A DNA stretch of 64,000 nt from an uncultured Acidimicrobiia bacterium (GCA_963786955.1 CAWBAT010000006.1:1059295-1123294); one strand, 5' to 3'; shown: positions 42,835-53,320, counted from the stretch's first letter. Numbers and translations are program-made. Notes: generated from the letters alone by a model not told the origin.

Positions 42835-42978
42835 TCATTTCACCAACTCGTTGTTGTTGATTTTCCACGTGCCGTCAAAGGCCTGTGCCTGCAGGCCGCA
42901 GATGCGGAAAGGGCCTGGGGGCACCTCGACCACTATGGTCACCGCAGCCTTGAGGTCCACTATACACGATTTATTCAC
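42835..42978 (-). pseudogene. Collapsed DUF1254/DUF1214-like gene (47-aa mini-ORF)
   Basis: GTG start with GGAGA RBS. VDLKAAVTIVVEVPPG (DUF1254-like) is fused to FRICG...AFDGTWKINNNELVK* (DUF1214-like C-terminus). Confidence 0.6.
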
Positions 42979-43029
42979 CTGTCTTTCTCCTGTGTGATGT
43001 TCGTATGGCCAGCTAACTCTTGTGCCTTC

Positions 43030-44503
43030 TCAGAACTCGCTAGCGACCGAAATCCGGCCATGACGCGCCGCGGTGGCGAACACTTTGTGGTCTCGCTCCG
43101 TCTGGTCGGCGTAAGATACAGCGAAGCGGGCAATAGCCTCGTCTATTACGCCGCTCTTACCCAAGTACCCTGCAATCATGGCGGGGTCTCCAGACTTGGC
43201 GTGAGCCAACGCAAGCGCCCAGCCGCAGAGCCCACCATATTCAGGCAGGGATTCCATTGGGGTTATTTTGGGGTCTAACTCCGCTCCCCCCTTCATGTCT
43301 CGAAGCTGGCGCACGTAGAAATGGCGACCATCCGCTTCACCCCAACCCAAAAAGATGTCGGGCGCGCCCTGGATAATCCTCTGCCCTACCACTACCCTTT
43401 GTCCGTTATTCGCGTAAGCCGTTGCGCCTGCATAGGGCGCAAGCACCGAGGGCTGGGCTTCCTTAAGTTGCAGGAACAGCGGGTCGTCAATCTCCTTCCC
43501 TTGCATCAGGGTGACCCAGCAGCGGGTGCCGACACTGCCGACTCCAACCACCTTGCGGGCTACATCCAGGATCCGGTAACGGGACAGAAGGACCTTCCGA
43601 TCATCCGGCAGGGAGCACAAATATTTTTCCATGAACAGTCCAATCTGCTCCGCGATGGGGCGGCCGGACTCGGCGTGGGTCTCACGCACGATGAAGGGTC
43701 GTGACCTCGATAATACGCTGCTGGTCGTCCACCAGTTCGGCCATCTTGTCGAGCACTTGCAGGTGACCGCGCTGTTTCGCCTTGGCCATGATCTGCTTCG
43801 CCCGTTTCCGAAATGTCGGCGAAATCACCCTAAGCACGTCACGCTCATCGATGCGTGCGTACCAAACGTCCAGATAATTCATCTCGGCGTACTCGCGCAT
43901 CCGCCTCCGGTAGCTCTTGACCACCGCCCGCGCACTTTCCTCGCACAGGGCCCGGTCCGCGCCTAAGAAGCGGCAGCACACCACCGCGCTGGCCGCCAGC
44001 CGCTTGAGGTCCCACTCCCAGGGAGCGGGCAGGGTTTCGTCGAAATCATTGATGCCGAACACCAGCGTGCGCTCGGCCGAGGCAAACACCCCAAAGTTGG
44101 CTACGTGCATGTCACCGCACGCTTGTACGGTCATCCCCGTCGTCGCGGTATAAGCCAGGTCGGCTGCCATCACTGCCGCCGAACCGCGCAAGAAGGCGAA
44201 CGGCGAGGTGAGCATCCGCGAGTGGCGGATCGGGACCAGGGACGGAAGTCGGGTCTTGGCTTGTTCCTCGATGATGGAGACCGGGTCCGAGCGCTTCGGG
44301 TGGAGGCGGAATTCCCCCTGCTTTTCGCGAGGCAACTTATCGCGGAGCGCTTTACCGGCGGCCATGCGCTCGCCCACGGAGGGCCGTGGCGTGGTGAATT
44401 TCTCGATCAAGGCCGAGGCAATCGGGTCACTGGCGAGGCTGCCCGATTCTGCTTGCCTCTCGGCATCGGGCCTCTTCAACGGGTTCCTGTCTTCTTGGGT
44501 CAT
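43030..44503 (-). CDS. DUF2252-family protein, one frameshift near 43690-43700
   Basis: SPFAFLRGSAAVMA, CGDMHVANFG, NDFDET, WEWDLKRL, KVVGVGSVGTR and YVRQLRDMKG. Confidence 0.88.
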
Positions 44504-44759
44504 GATTTGCTCCGGTAATCCTTAGTGTAGGTTCATTTCATTTAGCTTAGCACTGCTTTTCATAAATATGGTGATGTTAACGTCGGGTCAGTGACCCGGC
44601 CTACAACTTTGCAGGCCTGGGGCTATCTCAAAGCCTCAACCTCACGCGGCGCCCGTCCTAAAAAACGTTACATTAATTACACCTATCAGTACTTAGCTCG
44701 CGCTGCTCCCGCCGTGGGTGAGCAGGATGTCGTGGTCGATCTTTGGCTCCACTCACCTG

Positions 44760-45950
44760 TCAGAAAAGAATCTTGATCACCCGTGTGACCAACTCCTCAA
44801 GCGAAAAAACCGTCAGAGCCAAAGGCAGAAGAGGCGCAGCGGTCACGGCGGCGAGTCTTGCGATGTCCTTAAGTCCGAAGGGTACGAGGCGCATCTCTTC
44901 AACAATCGAATAACTGTTTCCGAGATCGGCCAGCGACTGAATGTCGCCAGTGCCCAGAAGTTCATCGCCTTGTGCCGCGTTCCCCCGAACCCACTTATCC
45001 TCAAATCCCTGGACGTAGCGGTTAGCGAGCAGTCCGTATGCGTCCAATCCCCTCTGTTTCGCCCGCGCGAGCTGCGGCGTAAACATAACGAGTGGGCCGA
45101 GCAGGAACAAAACGAAGAAACCCACCAAGCTCACGGCTTCAATCTTGAAGGACAACAAGCTCTCACCCTCGTACAGGATCCGACTGGCGATCATACCCGC
45201 CAGCAACAGGCCTTGGGCGAAAAGGATCGGTCCGAAGGCGTAGGTGCTCTTACCCAGGAAGGCTAGTCCGCCGGCTCGGTCCGGGTGGGTGGAGATGAGG
45301 CACAAGTTCAGCCTCGAGACCTGCCACAGGAACCGAAACCAGATAAGGAGCCGCAGGTACCAGCGGAGCAAGGTGAACTGAAAGATTGGAATACTGACGA
45401 AGGCGTACCAGTACCCGGCAGGCGTGAGATGCAAATGGGCGCCTTGCGGCATCGCATACCAGGTTGCTGCACCGATGGCAACCTGGCTCCGCCAGACCCA
45501 GTGACCGACCGTCCAGACCAAAATCGCCAGCAACACTTCCATGGGGGCCGAGTTGCGCGCACGCACGGCCGAGTGAATGGCGGCGTGGAATTTCGGCAGA
45601 TCTTCGGAGACGACAATGTCCCGCTCCACGAACCGTGACACCACGGGGCGGACGCGCAAATGGACGATCAGCTCGGCGGCAATCAGCACCGGTAACGCGA
45701 CCAGGAATCGAACCTGCGCGTCGATGTCATGTAAAAATGGGACCTTGATGGCTCCGCCCAGCGCATGCCCGCCAATCAGCGACAATACCAATAGCGGGAG
45801 CCACGCGAAGAGCGAGATAAACAGAATTCGGCGGTGGAGCAACTCCAGTGCGTCTCCGGACACATGTGTCCGCCGGAACAGTTGATACAGAGGGCCGCCC
45901 AAGCATAGCGAAAAGTCAGGCGATTCTTGGAGAGGCGTGATTTTGTTCAT
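44760..45950 (-). CDS. Conserved hypothetical membrane protein
   Basis: 396-aa ORF with FSLCLGGPLY, HPDRAGGLAFL and DIQSLADLGNS, plus TM helices. Confidence 0.75.
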   Translation of the reverse strand: MNKITPLQESPDFSLCLGGPLYQLFRRTHVSGDALELLHRRILFISLFAWLPLLVLSLIGGHALGGAIKVPFLHDIDAQVRFLVALPVLIAAELIVHLRVRPVVSRFVERDIVVSEDLPKFHAAIHSAVRARNSAPMEVLLAILVWTVGHWVWRSQVAIGAATWYAMPQGAHLHLTPAGYWYAFVSIPIFQFTLLRWYLRLLIWFRFLWQVSRLNLCLISTHPDRAGGLAFLGKSTYAFGPILFAQGLLLAGMIASRILYEGESLLSFKIEAVSLVGFFVLFLLGPLVMFTPQLARAKQRGLDAYGLLANRYVQGFEDKWVRGNAAQGDELLGTGDIQSLADLGNSYSIVEEMRLVPFGLKDIARLAAVTAAPLLPLALTVFSLEELVTRVIKILF

Positions 45951-46024
45951 GGCGCAGGATCCTTAGAGCTCAAGCCCCGGCCGCAGCAGGGTGCCTTGCG
46001 CGGTGGTCTTCCCAGATAAAAATC

Positions 46025-46225
46025 ATGTCATTCTTTGCTTGCTGAGCGGCACTGGTGTCCCAACACCCCACTGGCGGTCGCCCAATTTCAGCGCCGGAGC
46101 GAACTCCAGGACGATCAAGTCGAAATGCTGGCCGGAGTACTTCTGCCGATAGAAATCATTCAGCGTTTGGGCGTAACCTTCACCCGCGAAGCGCCACAGT
46201 TCTGTACGAGGCCTAATCGGAGAAA
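46025..46225 (-). pseudogene. Fragment of an ABC-substrate-binding-like sensor domain (sensor kinase remnant)
   Basis: Translates LWRFAGEGYAQTLNDFYRQKYSGQHFDLIVLEFAPALK. No start codon or continuation. Confidence 0.5.
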
Positions 46226-46536
46226 GGGTTCAAGAGGCGAACGGGATCGTAAAGAGAAAAGATCGGGCGCTGAGAGCATACAGGGATAAGTAATAGGGTC
46301 AGACAAATCTCACTTTAAGGCGAACAATTTTTACAGTCTATCGCGAAATCGCGCACGCCGCTAGTCTCTGAACAGTTGCCACCCTGTCTTCCGTTCTCAA
46401 AACGCAATGCCGGTTTGAATGTGCTGAGGTTTACCCCCCTTTTTCGATGAAATGGGTAAGTTGACGCTCGAGATGCAGGGAAAGAGTTGGAGAACGATCT
46501 CTAGGATTTTCACCCGATCGACCACCAATCGTTAGT

Positions 46537-47307
46537 TCACGGCCGACGCTTTAATTTTTGCTGAATATCCGGCCAAAACTCCTGAATCATATTAATGAGG
46601 ATAGTCAGGCCTGCCTGTTTGCTTCCATCGGCTAAGGTGTACAGGCCGACGCTTTCTTTCTGGGGTAGCCATAGTGTGGATACCGCACTGGAGGCGTAGA
46701 ATCCCCCTATATTGGCAATATTCAGAGTCTTATGGCCTTGAGTGTTGTAAGTGATGAAACTGAATAAGAGTACGTGTTTTGCCCTTTTCTTGAAGCCTTC
46801 TTGACCGCTACTGATATAGCGAGTGTCTTCTCCTAGCAAGGCCGCAACTGGAGCTTGAAAAGTACCCTGGACAATTGCTGTTCCCAGTCGCGAGCCAAGT
46901 CTGCGGCCATATCCCCCGATTCCGCCCCCCCATTCCGGCGGCTCGCCGGTGGTCTGGTCAACCAGTAAGGCCGAGACGCATGGACCGAAGTAGGCCCCCA
47001 TGGACCAGTAATTCTGTTTGAAATAGAGCCTCCAGCGTTCATGAGAAGTCAACGGGGTGTAATTCGTAGACGATACCGAGGCGATCCCGGTCACGGGGTT
47101 TATTTTGAGAGAAACTTTGTCAATATTGGCTGAAGGCTGGCTGGCACTGTCCGCATCTTTTTCCTGGGAGAAGACGGGCCGCAGAAAAAGCAATAGCATA
47201 CTAGCCGCAACGGCCCAATAACGAGTATAAGAGCGAGATTGAAAATTCGTTCTCATTTGAATGAAAGGCTTTGAAATTTGTCCAGGCTGATCTCGTCTTT
47301 GGTTCAT
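46537..47307 (-). CDS. Hypothetical exported/membrane protein (acidobacterial type)
   Basis: Signal-like segment, PPEWGGGIGGYGRR, LGEDTRY and QEFWPDI. Confidence 0.75.
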   Translation of the reverse strand: MNQRRDQPGQISKPFIQMRTNFQSRSYTRYWAVAASMLLLFLRPVFSQEKDADSASQPSANIDKVSLKINPVTGIASVSSTNYTPLTSHERWRLYFKQNYWSMGAYFGPCVSALLVDQTTGEPPEWGGGIGGYGRRLGSRLGTAIVQGTFQAPVAALLGEDTRYISSGQEGFKKRAKHVLLFSFITYNTQGHKTLNIANIGGFYASSAVSTLWLPQKESVGLYTLADGSKQAGLTILINMIQEFWPDIQQKLKRRP

Positions 47308-47436
47308 GGCTCCGAATTCCAGGCCGGCAGTAGTCTGTATAGGACCGCATCTCCACCCGACAAACTCATTGGCAGGCTGATTTTCGAGAAGCGATACGGG
47401 TTCAGAACTATTCTGACGCTTAACGGGGGGAGAAGG

Positions 47437-47588
47437 GTAAAGTCGAAATAAATTCCAAAGGTCTGTCTTATCAGCACCAGTTAATCTGTACCCCTCTTAG
47501 AATGTTCACTAGACATACCTTTTGCAGGATTTATCTCAACCCCATGAGATGAAAGCCGTTGAATACTTGATTGTAAAATCCAGGTAAA
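47437..47588. promoter_or_regulatory. Two GTAAA-N6-(G/A)TAAA boxes in the divergent promoter region
   Basis: GTAAAgtcgaaATAAA (47437-47452) and GTAAAatccagGTAAA (47573-47588). Confidence 0.5.
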
Positions 47589-47618
47589 GTTGCAAGGCGG
47601 TCTCAGCAAGGTGACCGA

Positions 47619-49562
47619 GTGGGGAGTATAATACAAGTCGTGTGGCAAAAGTATGATAAGTCAGGACTGCTCATCATTTTTTCCGGCCTTCTCGGCCTAG
47701 TCGTGCTGGTTGCTGCGGTCCTGTTATATCGCTGGATCGATCGGGTCAGCGACGCCGATCGCCTGCAGCAGAAAGAACTTCTTGAAGTGGCGTTCCGAGG
47801 CTTCCAATCCGAGTTCTCGGGCACCGTCCAGGAAACCTTTTCAACCTTCCGCCCCCGGGCTGATTTCCAAAATGAGGCTGAACTTGAAGCGCATCTTGTC
47901 GAGATGTTTTCTCAGTGGCAAAACAATTCCCGCCAGCCACAACTCATCAGAAGCCTGAGCATTGGCACGATCGACGCAAAGGGGACTCTCACATTTGAAA
48001 GCTTCTTGGCCCAAGAAAAGAAATTCCAGAAGCAGGACTGGCCCAATGGGCTGCAGAATTACCGGGACATTTTAACTCAACGCTGGGCAGAGAGGACACT
48101 GCCAGCCGCATTACCTGGTGGATTCACTTTTTCAATCTCTGCCGACCGGCCCGTGATCGTAATCCCGACTACCTTCTTTCGTCCACCAATGCCCCATCGG
48201 CGGCCCGATTGGAGACAGAATCCATCTGCAGCTCGGCGCGGCTCTGGCCCGCCAGACGACTGGCCCCCATTGACAGATCGATCCCCGTCTAATCCCTATC
48301 TGCCATCTCGTCCTGCAAAGCAGGCTTCCGAAGAGAAATCCGCGGAGGTGATGGGTTGGTACTTCATCGAGCTGGACGCTCAGTTTCTCAAGCAACAGTT
48401 CCTGCCCAATCTAGCGGAAAGACACTTTGGCGGGCCGACCCTGTCGCGGTATCGGCTCGGCGTTGTGGCCGGTAAGCCTGGACAGTTGATCTATGCTTCG
48501 GATCCCAGCCTCACTTTGGAATCCTTCAACCCCGCTGATATGACTGCTCCTTTGTTTAGGCCCCTAGGCCGTTTTGGGTTTGGATTCCGTCCCCGCGGGG
48601 GAGGCATGCCTCCTCCAGATCTCATGCCGGGAGACTCGCAGCCAGAATTCCGGAATCCACTCGCCCCTGCAAGCCGCGACGGGGGCGCAAATCCCGCCGC
48701 TAATTCTTGGCAGCTCCTCGCCAGGCATCGGTTGGGATCCATTGAAGTCGAGGTGAACAAGACCCGTCATCGCAATCAGGCGATCGGTTTTGGAATCCTT
48801 CTATTGATGACCGGGAGCATCCTGTCTCTCATGCGGAGCACTCAGAGAGCTAGAGCACTGGCACAGCAGCAAATGGAATTTGTGGCCGGGATCTCTCATG
48901 AACTACGAACTCCGCTATCGGTAATCCAGTCGGCTGGATTTAACCTCTCGCATGGAGTCGCCGTGCAGTCTGAAAAGATCCAACAGTATGGAACGGTTAT
49001 TCAGACCGAGAGTAAACGTCTTTCCGATATGTTAGAACAAATCTTGAACTATGCCGGAATTCAATCGGGTCGAGAGCACTACCAGTTTCAGCTCACAGAA
49101 ATCAGTCCTCTCTTGCACAAATTGCTTTCGGAATTTCAGAAGACCTTCGAAGACCGGGGTTGGACAGTCGAGCAGCACATCGATGAGGGGCTCCCCCCGG
49201 TATTGGCAGACACACGGACCTTGGAAAGTGCTATTAGAAACCTTATCGAGAATGCTCTCAAATACGCCCCCGCTGGGAAATGGCTGCAGCTGACAGCAGC
49301 CACCGCTCATAGCCGGAAAGAAGTCGTTGTTACGGTGGCGGATCACGGCCCTGGCATAGACCCGGCAGATCTTCCCCGTATCTTTGAACCCTTCTACCGA
49401 GGCAAGAAAGTATTAGCCTCTTCGGTTCCTGGAGCAGGCCTGGGGTTAAGTCTGTTGCAGCGCTATCTCAAGGCGCACGGAGGGTCTGTCAAATTAACAA
49501 ATCCCCCGGGGGGTGGCGCTTCCTTTACTCTCTATCTCCCGGTATGTACTGAATGGGACTGA
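47619..49562 (+). CDS. Membrane sensor histidine kinase
   Basis: Two TM helices, H box ISHELRTPL, N box NLIENALKY, DHGPGI and GAGLGL. Confidence 0.93.
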   Translation: MGSIIQVVWQKYDKSGLLIIFSGLLGLVVLVAAVLLYRWIDRVSDADRLQQKELLEVAFRGFQSEFSGTVQETFSTFRPRADFQNEAELEAHLVEMFSQWQNNSRQPQLIRSLSIGTIDAKGTLTFESFLAQEKKFQKQDWPNGLQNYRDILTQRWAERTLPAALPGGFTFSISADRPVIVIPTTFFRPPMPHRRPDWRQNPSAARRGSGPPDDWPPLTDRSPSNPYLPSRPAKQASEEKSAEVMGWYFIELDAQFLKQQFLPNLAERHFGGPTLSRYRLGVVAGKPGQLIYASDPSLTLESFNPADMTAPLFRPLGRFGFGFRPRGGGMPPPDLMPGDSQPEFRNPLAPASRDGGANPAANSWQLLARHRLGSIEVEVNKTRHRNQAIGFGILLLMTGSILSLMRSTQRARALAQQQMEFVAGISHELRTPLSVIQSAGFNLSHGVAVQSEKIQQYGTVIQTESKRLSDMLEQILNYAGIQSGREHYQFQLTEISPLLHKLLSEFQKTFEDRGWTVEQHIDEGLPPVLADTRTLESAIRNLIENALKYAPAGKWLQLTAATAHSRKEVVVTVADHGPGIDPADLPRIFEPFYRGKKVLASSVPGAGLGLSLLQRYLKAHGGSVKLTNPPGGGASFTLYLPVCTEWD

Positions 49563-49699
49563 GAATGCACCGATTCGCCGCTATGAGGTTTGTACTAGAT
49601 TCCCTGGGAATTAGGGCTGTGAACGAATGTGATTCCTTACATGCTGACAAGATAATTGCGCAGACTTGAATACCTGGAAGCAAACAAAAGGAGTTTTGG

Positions 49700-50434
49700 T
49701 TGAATTCTAACAATCCGGGGGGAGGCAATTTGGGAAAGCGATTGCTGCTCGTGGAAGATGAACCCGGTCTGGTGATGACTCTTTCCGATCTACTGACGGC
49801 TGAGGGATACCAGGTGGAAACGGCGGGAGACGGCCAGACCGCTTTAAATTTAGCGGGTCAACAGACGTTCTCGCTGATTGTATTGGATGTGATGTTACCG
49901 GTTAAGAACGGTTTTGACGTTTGCCGCGAGCTTCGTCAGCAGAGCATCAAGACTCCAATTCTAATGCTCACTGCCCGAGGGCAGCTCGTTGATAAAGTCT
50001 TAGGGTTGAAACTGGGAGCTGATGACTATCTCACCAAGCCTTTTGAGCCTCTCGAATTGCTGGCCCGCGTGGAAGCCCTGTTACGGCGAACTTCGACAGG
50101 TCAAACAAGTTCCGACACGGTTTTCAAATTTGGCTCAGTCGTTGTCGATTTTCGAACAACTCAAGTCAGATTCCATGCCAGGTTGGTTGAGCTCTCGGCC
50201 CGAGAATATCAGTTGCTCTGTTATTTTATCCGGAATGTCGGGACCACCTTGTCTCGGGAACAATTGCTCCGCGAAGTCTGGGACTATGAAGCAGAAATTC
50301 AAACCCGCACCGTGGATGTGCACGTCGCTCTTCTGCGACAGAAATTGGAAATCGATCCCAAGAACCCCGCTCACTTCCTTACGGTAAGAGGGTTGGGTTA
50401 CCGTTTCGTCAATCATGCCAAGGAAAACGAGTGA
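49700..50434 (+). CDS. OmpR/PhoB-family response regulator
   Basis: LLVEDE, LDVMLP, GADDYLTKPF and the winged helix RTVDVHV...TVRGLGY. Start is 49700 or 49730. Confidence 0.95.
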   Translation: MNSNNPGGGNLGKRLLLVEDEPGLVMTLSDLLTAEGYQVETAGDGQTALNLAGQQTFSLIVLDVMLPVKNGFDVCRELRQQSIKTPILMLTARGQLVDKVLGLKLGADDYLTKPFEPLELLARVEALLRRTSTGQTSSDTVFKFGSVVVDFRTTQVRFHARLVELSAREYQLLCYFIRNVGTTLSREQLLREVWDYEAEIQTRTVDVHVALLRQKLEIDPKNPAHFLTVRGLGYRFVNHAKENE

Positions 50435-50445
50435 AGCCCATTGTC

Positions 50446-50685
50446 TTAATGGACGTGGACTCCCTGGCGAATCGATACTTTCTCTACCTTTTCACTAAGA
50501 AATTCACTGAGTAACTGCATGATACAGGAATTTGAACAAACTGTCTTATGCCCATTATTCAGAACATGACGCCCCCAGGGGAATACCACAAAGCTTTCGT
50601 TGTCGGTAGAGGACACGATCCACCAGGTTTCGTCACTACCTTGCAGCTTCCCGCAATTGTCACATTGGTATGTTCTAATTTCCAT
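50446..50685 (-). CDS. Small Cys-rich (CxxC...CxxxC) hypothetical protein
   Basis: MEIRTYQCDNCG...WW...VCSNSC with a GGAG RBS upstream. Confidence 0.6.
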   Translation of the reverse strand: MEIRTYQCDNCGKLQGSDETWWIVSSTDNESFVVFPWGRHVLNNGHKTVCSNSCIMQLLSEFLSEKVEKVSIRQGVHVH

Positions 50686-50922
50686 TCGCGCAACTCTCCG
50701 GAAAAGCTGGGATAAGACCATTCAAATTCAGACTACTTTCTGGATGCAATCTACTTAAACCTGTTTTCTTACAGCACGCTTTAATTAAGGTTTCACCCTG
50801 ACTCGCATCCAGGACAGCAAGATAGGAGCCCTCGGCAGGACCAATCAGGATGGGCTCCGCCTTTTCAATTCATCCTTGGGAAACTTGCAGTAATGGATCG
50901 AAGCGTTCTTTCGTAATCTCTT

Positions 50923-51780
50923 CTAGCTCTCTTTCATTTTGAATTCATAACGATTTGGCCTGATGACGATGCGCCCTAGCTCTAAGGTCTTAATCTCCTT
51001 CGGCGCTTCAACGTCAAACCTGGGGCTCATGTAATGGACAGCAGGAGAAAGAGGCTGATCGTCAGGTGCAACCGCCGCGATCGTTGGAAGGTAGGCGATG
51101 AAATCCTCAATCAATCTCTGGTCCTCTTCGAGCTGAGCATTGATCCGCTCGACCTTCTGATCCCCAATCTTCTTTCGCCTTTCGTACTCTCTCTGGCGAT
51201 GCTCGGCAAAAGCAATTAACGCTTTCGCTTTGAGGGAACTGCGCTGACGTTCATACACTTCCACCTTGGTCTTTGCAAGCTCTAAGGCATAACTTTTCTT
51301 CTTTGTCTCCTCAAACACCTTGTCAGTCAAGGAGGGGTCGTCCAGTTGGCTGAGCACCTGCTTAATGCTTTTTTCTTCGGCAGAGAGTTTTACGGTCTGC
51401 TCCTTTAATTTCTGGATTTCCTCATTCGTCTTTTGAATTTCTCCGACAAACCTCTGAAATTCGGGGTCCTGGAAGTCTGGACCAAAGGCCAACAAGGATT
51501 TTGTGGACCCGTTCAATTCGCCCAGATCCACCACATCTTTTCGAATTAACTCACTGGCTTGTTTTTGGTCGATGGGGTTGGTAGCATCCGCCTCCCAGTA
51601 ATACCGATCTTCTTTGGCCCGGCATTTTTCTTTCCAGGAATCGTCAACCCAGCAGTCAATTTCCTCCGGATGACGATTCAATGGAAACTCGACCTTTACG
51701 ATCTTGTTCTCCTCTAGACTAGCCTTCTGGCTATTAGCTGGTGTAGCCGTCGCTGTATTCGAACTGTGTTTAAAAAGCAT
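50923..51780 (-). CDS. Hypothetical coiled-coil protein
   Basis: 285-aa ORF with AAGGAG RBS and a Lys/Glu-rich heptad region. No recognised motif. Confidence 0.65.
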   Translation of the reverse strand: MLFKHSSNTATATPANSQKASLEENKIVKVEFPLNRHPEEIDCWVDDSWKEKCRAKEDRYYWEADATNPIDQKQASELIRKDVVDLGELNGSTKSLLAFGPDFQDPEFQRFVGEIQKTNEEIQKLKEQTVKLSAEEKSIKQVLSQLDDPSLTDKVFEETKKKSYALELAKTKVEVYERQRSSLKAKALIAFAEHRQREYERRKKIGDQKVERINAQLEEDQRLIEDFIAYLPTIAAVAPDDQPLSPAVHYMSPRFDVEAPKEIKTLELGRIVIRPNRYEFKMKES

Positions 51781-52321
51781 GTTTTTCTCCTTAAAGGATT
51801 CTGGAAATATGGGTCCCTACTTACGACTTACTCATACAATCCATAGGTTGCACAATCAATATGCACGTTCGTCGCCAACGGAAACCAATCACAGAAAATA
51901 ATCCCCGGTATGGTGCTTAAACATCACTTACACCCGATTCGATGGGTCTGTTTGAGTCAAAGAATTTCACAGAGAAAAAGAAAAAAGTTTCTTCTTTTGA
52001 GCAAGGGTCAGCAACCCGAAGACCTCCTTAAGCCCCTCGCTCACTGGGGGATTCGAGAGAAGATCCTGACCGTCGAGGGATGGGTCACAAAAGGAGTTTA
52101 TTTTCCGTAAGGGCGAAAGGAGGTCGGTTCAGGTAGGCAGTCTGCGACCTGATTCTCAGGGGGTGGAGTGCCCGTTTTACTCCACTTCGCTGGAAGTTCG
52201 AAACTGCATCACATTACTTTTATAATGGTAGGGGGATGAATTCTAAGGAGAATGCGTAGGGTAAATTTGATGCAGGTAGACGTCGAATCATTGATCTTTC
52301 GACCAAAGCCGGTTGTGGCAT

Positions 52322-53320
52322 TTAGAGACCCCATCTGAGCAGCACCGCGTGATCGCCTGTTCGGGACACAACCGGAGAAATGGACGTCGGGACGAGGTGA
52401 GATTTAAGGCTGGGCTTGGCTGCTCCGGAACCCTGGTGATGATGCGCGTGGTAGACATAATGACCGATCAGCCCCCCCAGGACACTTCCGACGAGCGCAT
52501 CGGAAGGGAAATGATTATAGCTGGTATAGCGGGCCACGCTGACCAGCGTGGCAATGCTATAGGCTCCGAATCCAACCATTTTGTGGTCTGAATACTCTTC
52601 GGCGATGACCACCGCCAGAGACCAGATCGTTATCGCATGGCCCGAAGGGAAAGAAGCTCCACCTTGCCAGAATAAACCTTGCCCATCTCCTTGATACGGA
52701 CGTTCGCGGCCAAACGTAAACTTGAGAGCGAACCCCACAAGAGAGCTGTCTATAAGAGCCTCCGTAGCCAGAATACCGGTCTCCCGAGCCCGTTGATTAT
52801 GGAGCAACGAACCCGTCAGAAAGAAAACTCCCGCAGCGCCAAAGGTTGAATAACCAGCACCGATTCGAGAAATATCGTTACTGACGGCAATGAGGTTTTC
52901 AGAATTTGCAATGGCTCCCGAAGTCGAACGATCGGTGGCAATCAAAGCACCCGTCGCAGCTGCAAAAGGGATCAGCCACACGGCATCACGCTTGGAAATG
53001 TGCCAAGGGCTGGTCCAAATAACCTTCTGATCCAGCAGGAGATTGCGAAGAAAGTTGGGATTCGGAGTTTGCCCGGTCTTATTAGCGGATGTCTTTCCAG
53101 GTTCAACCCCCAGATCGGACGGCTCCGGGATCGAAGGACATAGCAAAAGCGGATTTAGAGAATCACTTAAAAGGAGGGCTTTTTCACGCAGAATAGCATC
53201 AGAGTCCTCCTGCACGAGGTTTTGGGTTTGAGCGGAGGAAATTCGAGCGCTCAGGCTAAACAGAAGCAGGCATGAAGCATAAACGATTCGGGTTCGGCCA
53301 AGCACGTCTCTTCGCATCAT
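52322..53320 (-). CDS. PAP2-family membrane phosphatase
   Basis: KFTFGRERP, SFPSGH and ARYTSYNHFPSD. Confidence 0.88.
   Translation of the reverse strand: MMRRDVLGRTRIVYASCLLLFSLSARISSAQTQNLVQEDSDAILREKALLLSDSLNPLLLCPSIPEPSDLGVEPGKTSANKTGQTPNPNFLRNLLLDQKVIWTSPWHISKRDAVWLIPFAAATGALIATDRSTSGAIANSENLIAVSNDISRIGAGYSTFGAAGVFFLTGSLLHNQRARETGILATEALIDSSLVGFALKFTFGRERPYQGDGQGLFWQGGASFPSGHAITIWSLAVVIAEEYSDHKMVGFGAYSIATLVSVARYTSYNHFPSDALVGSVLGGLIGHYVYHAHHHQGSGAAKPSLKSHLVPTSISPVVSRTGDHAVLLRWGL

Noticed and set aside
50770-50900. Riboswitch between the orphan genes
   Set aside because: Only one stem is evident and I recognise no aptamer consensus. An Rfam scan would be needed.
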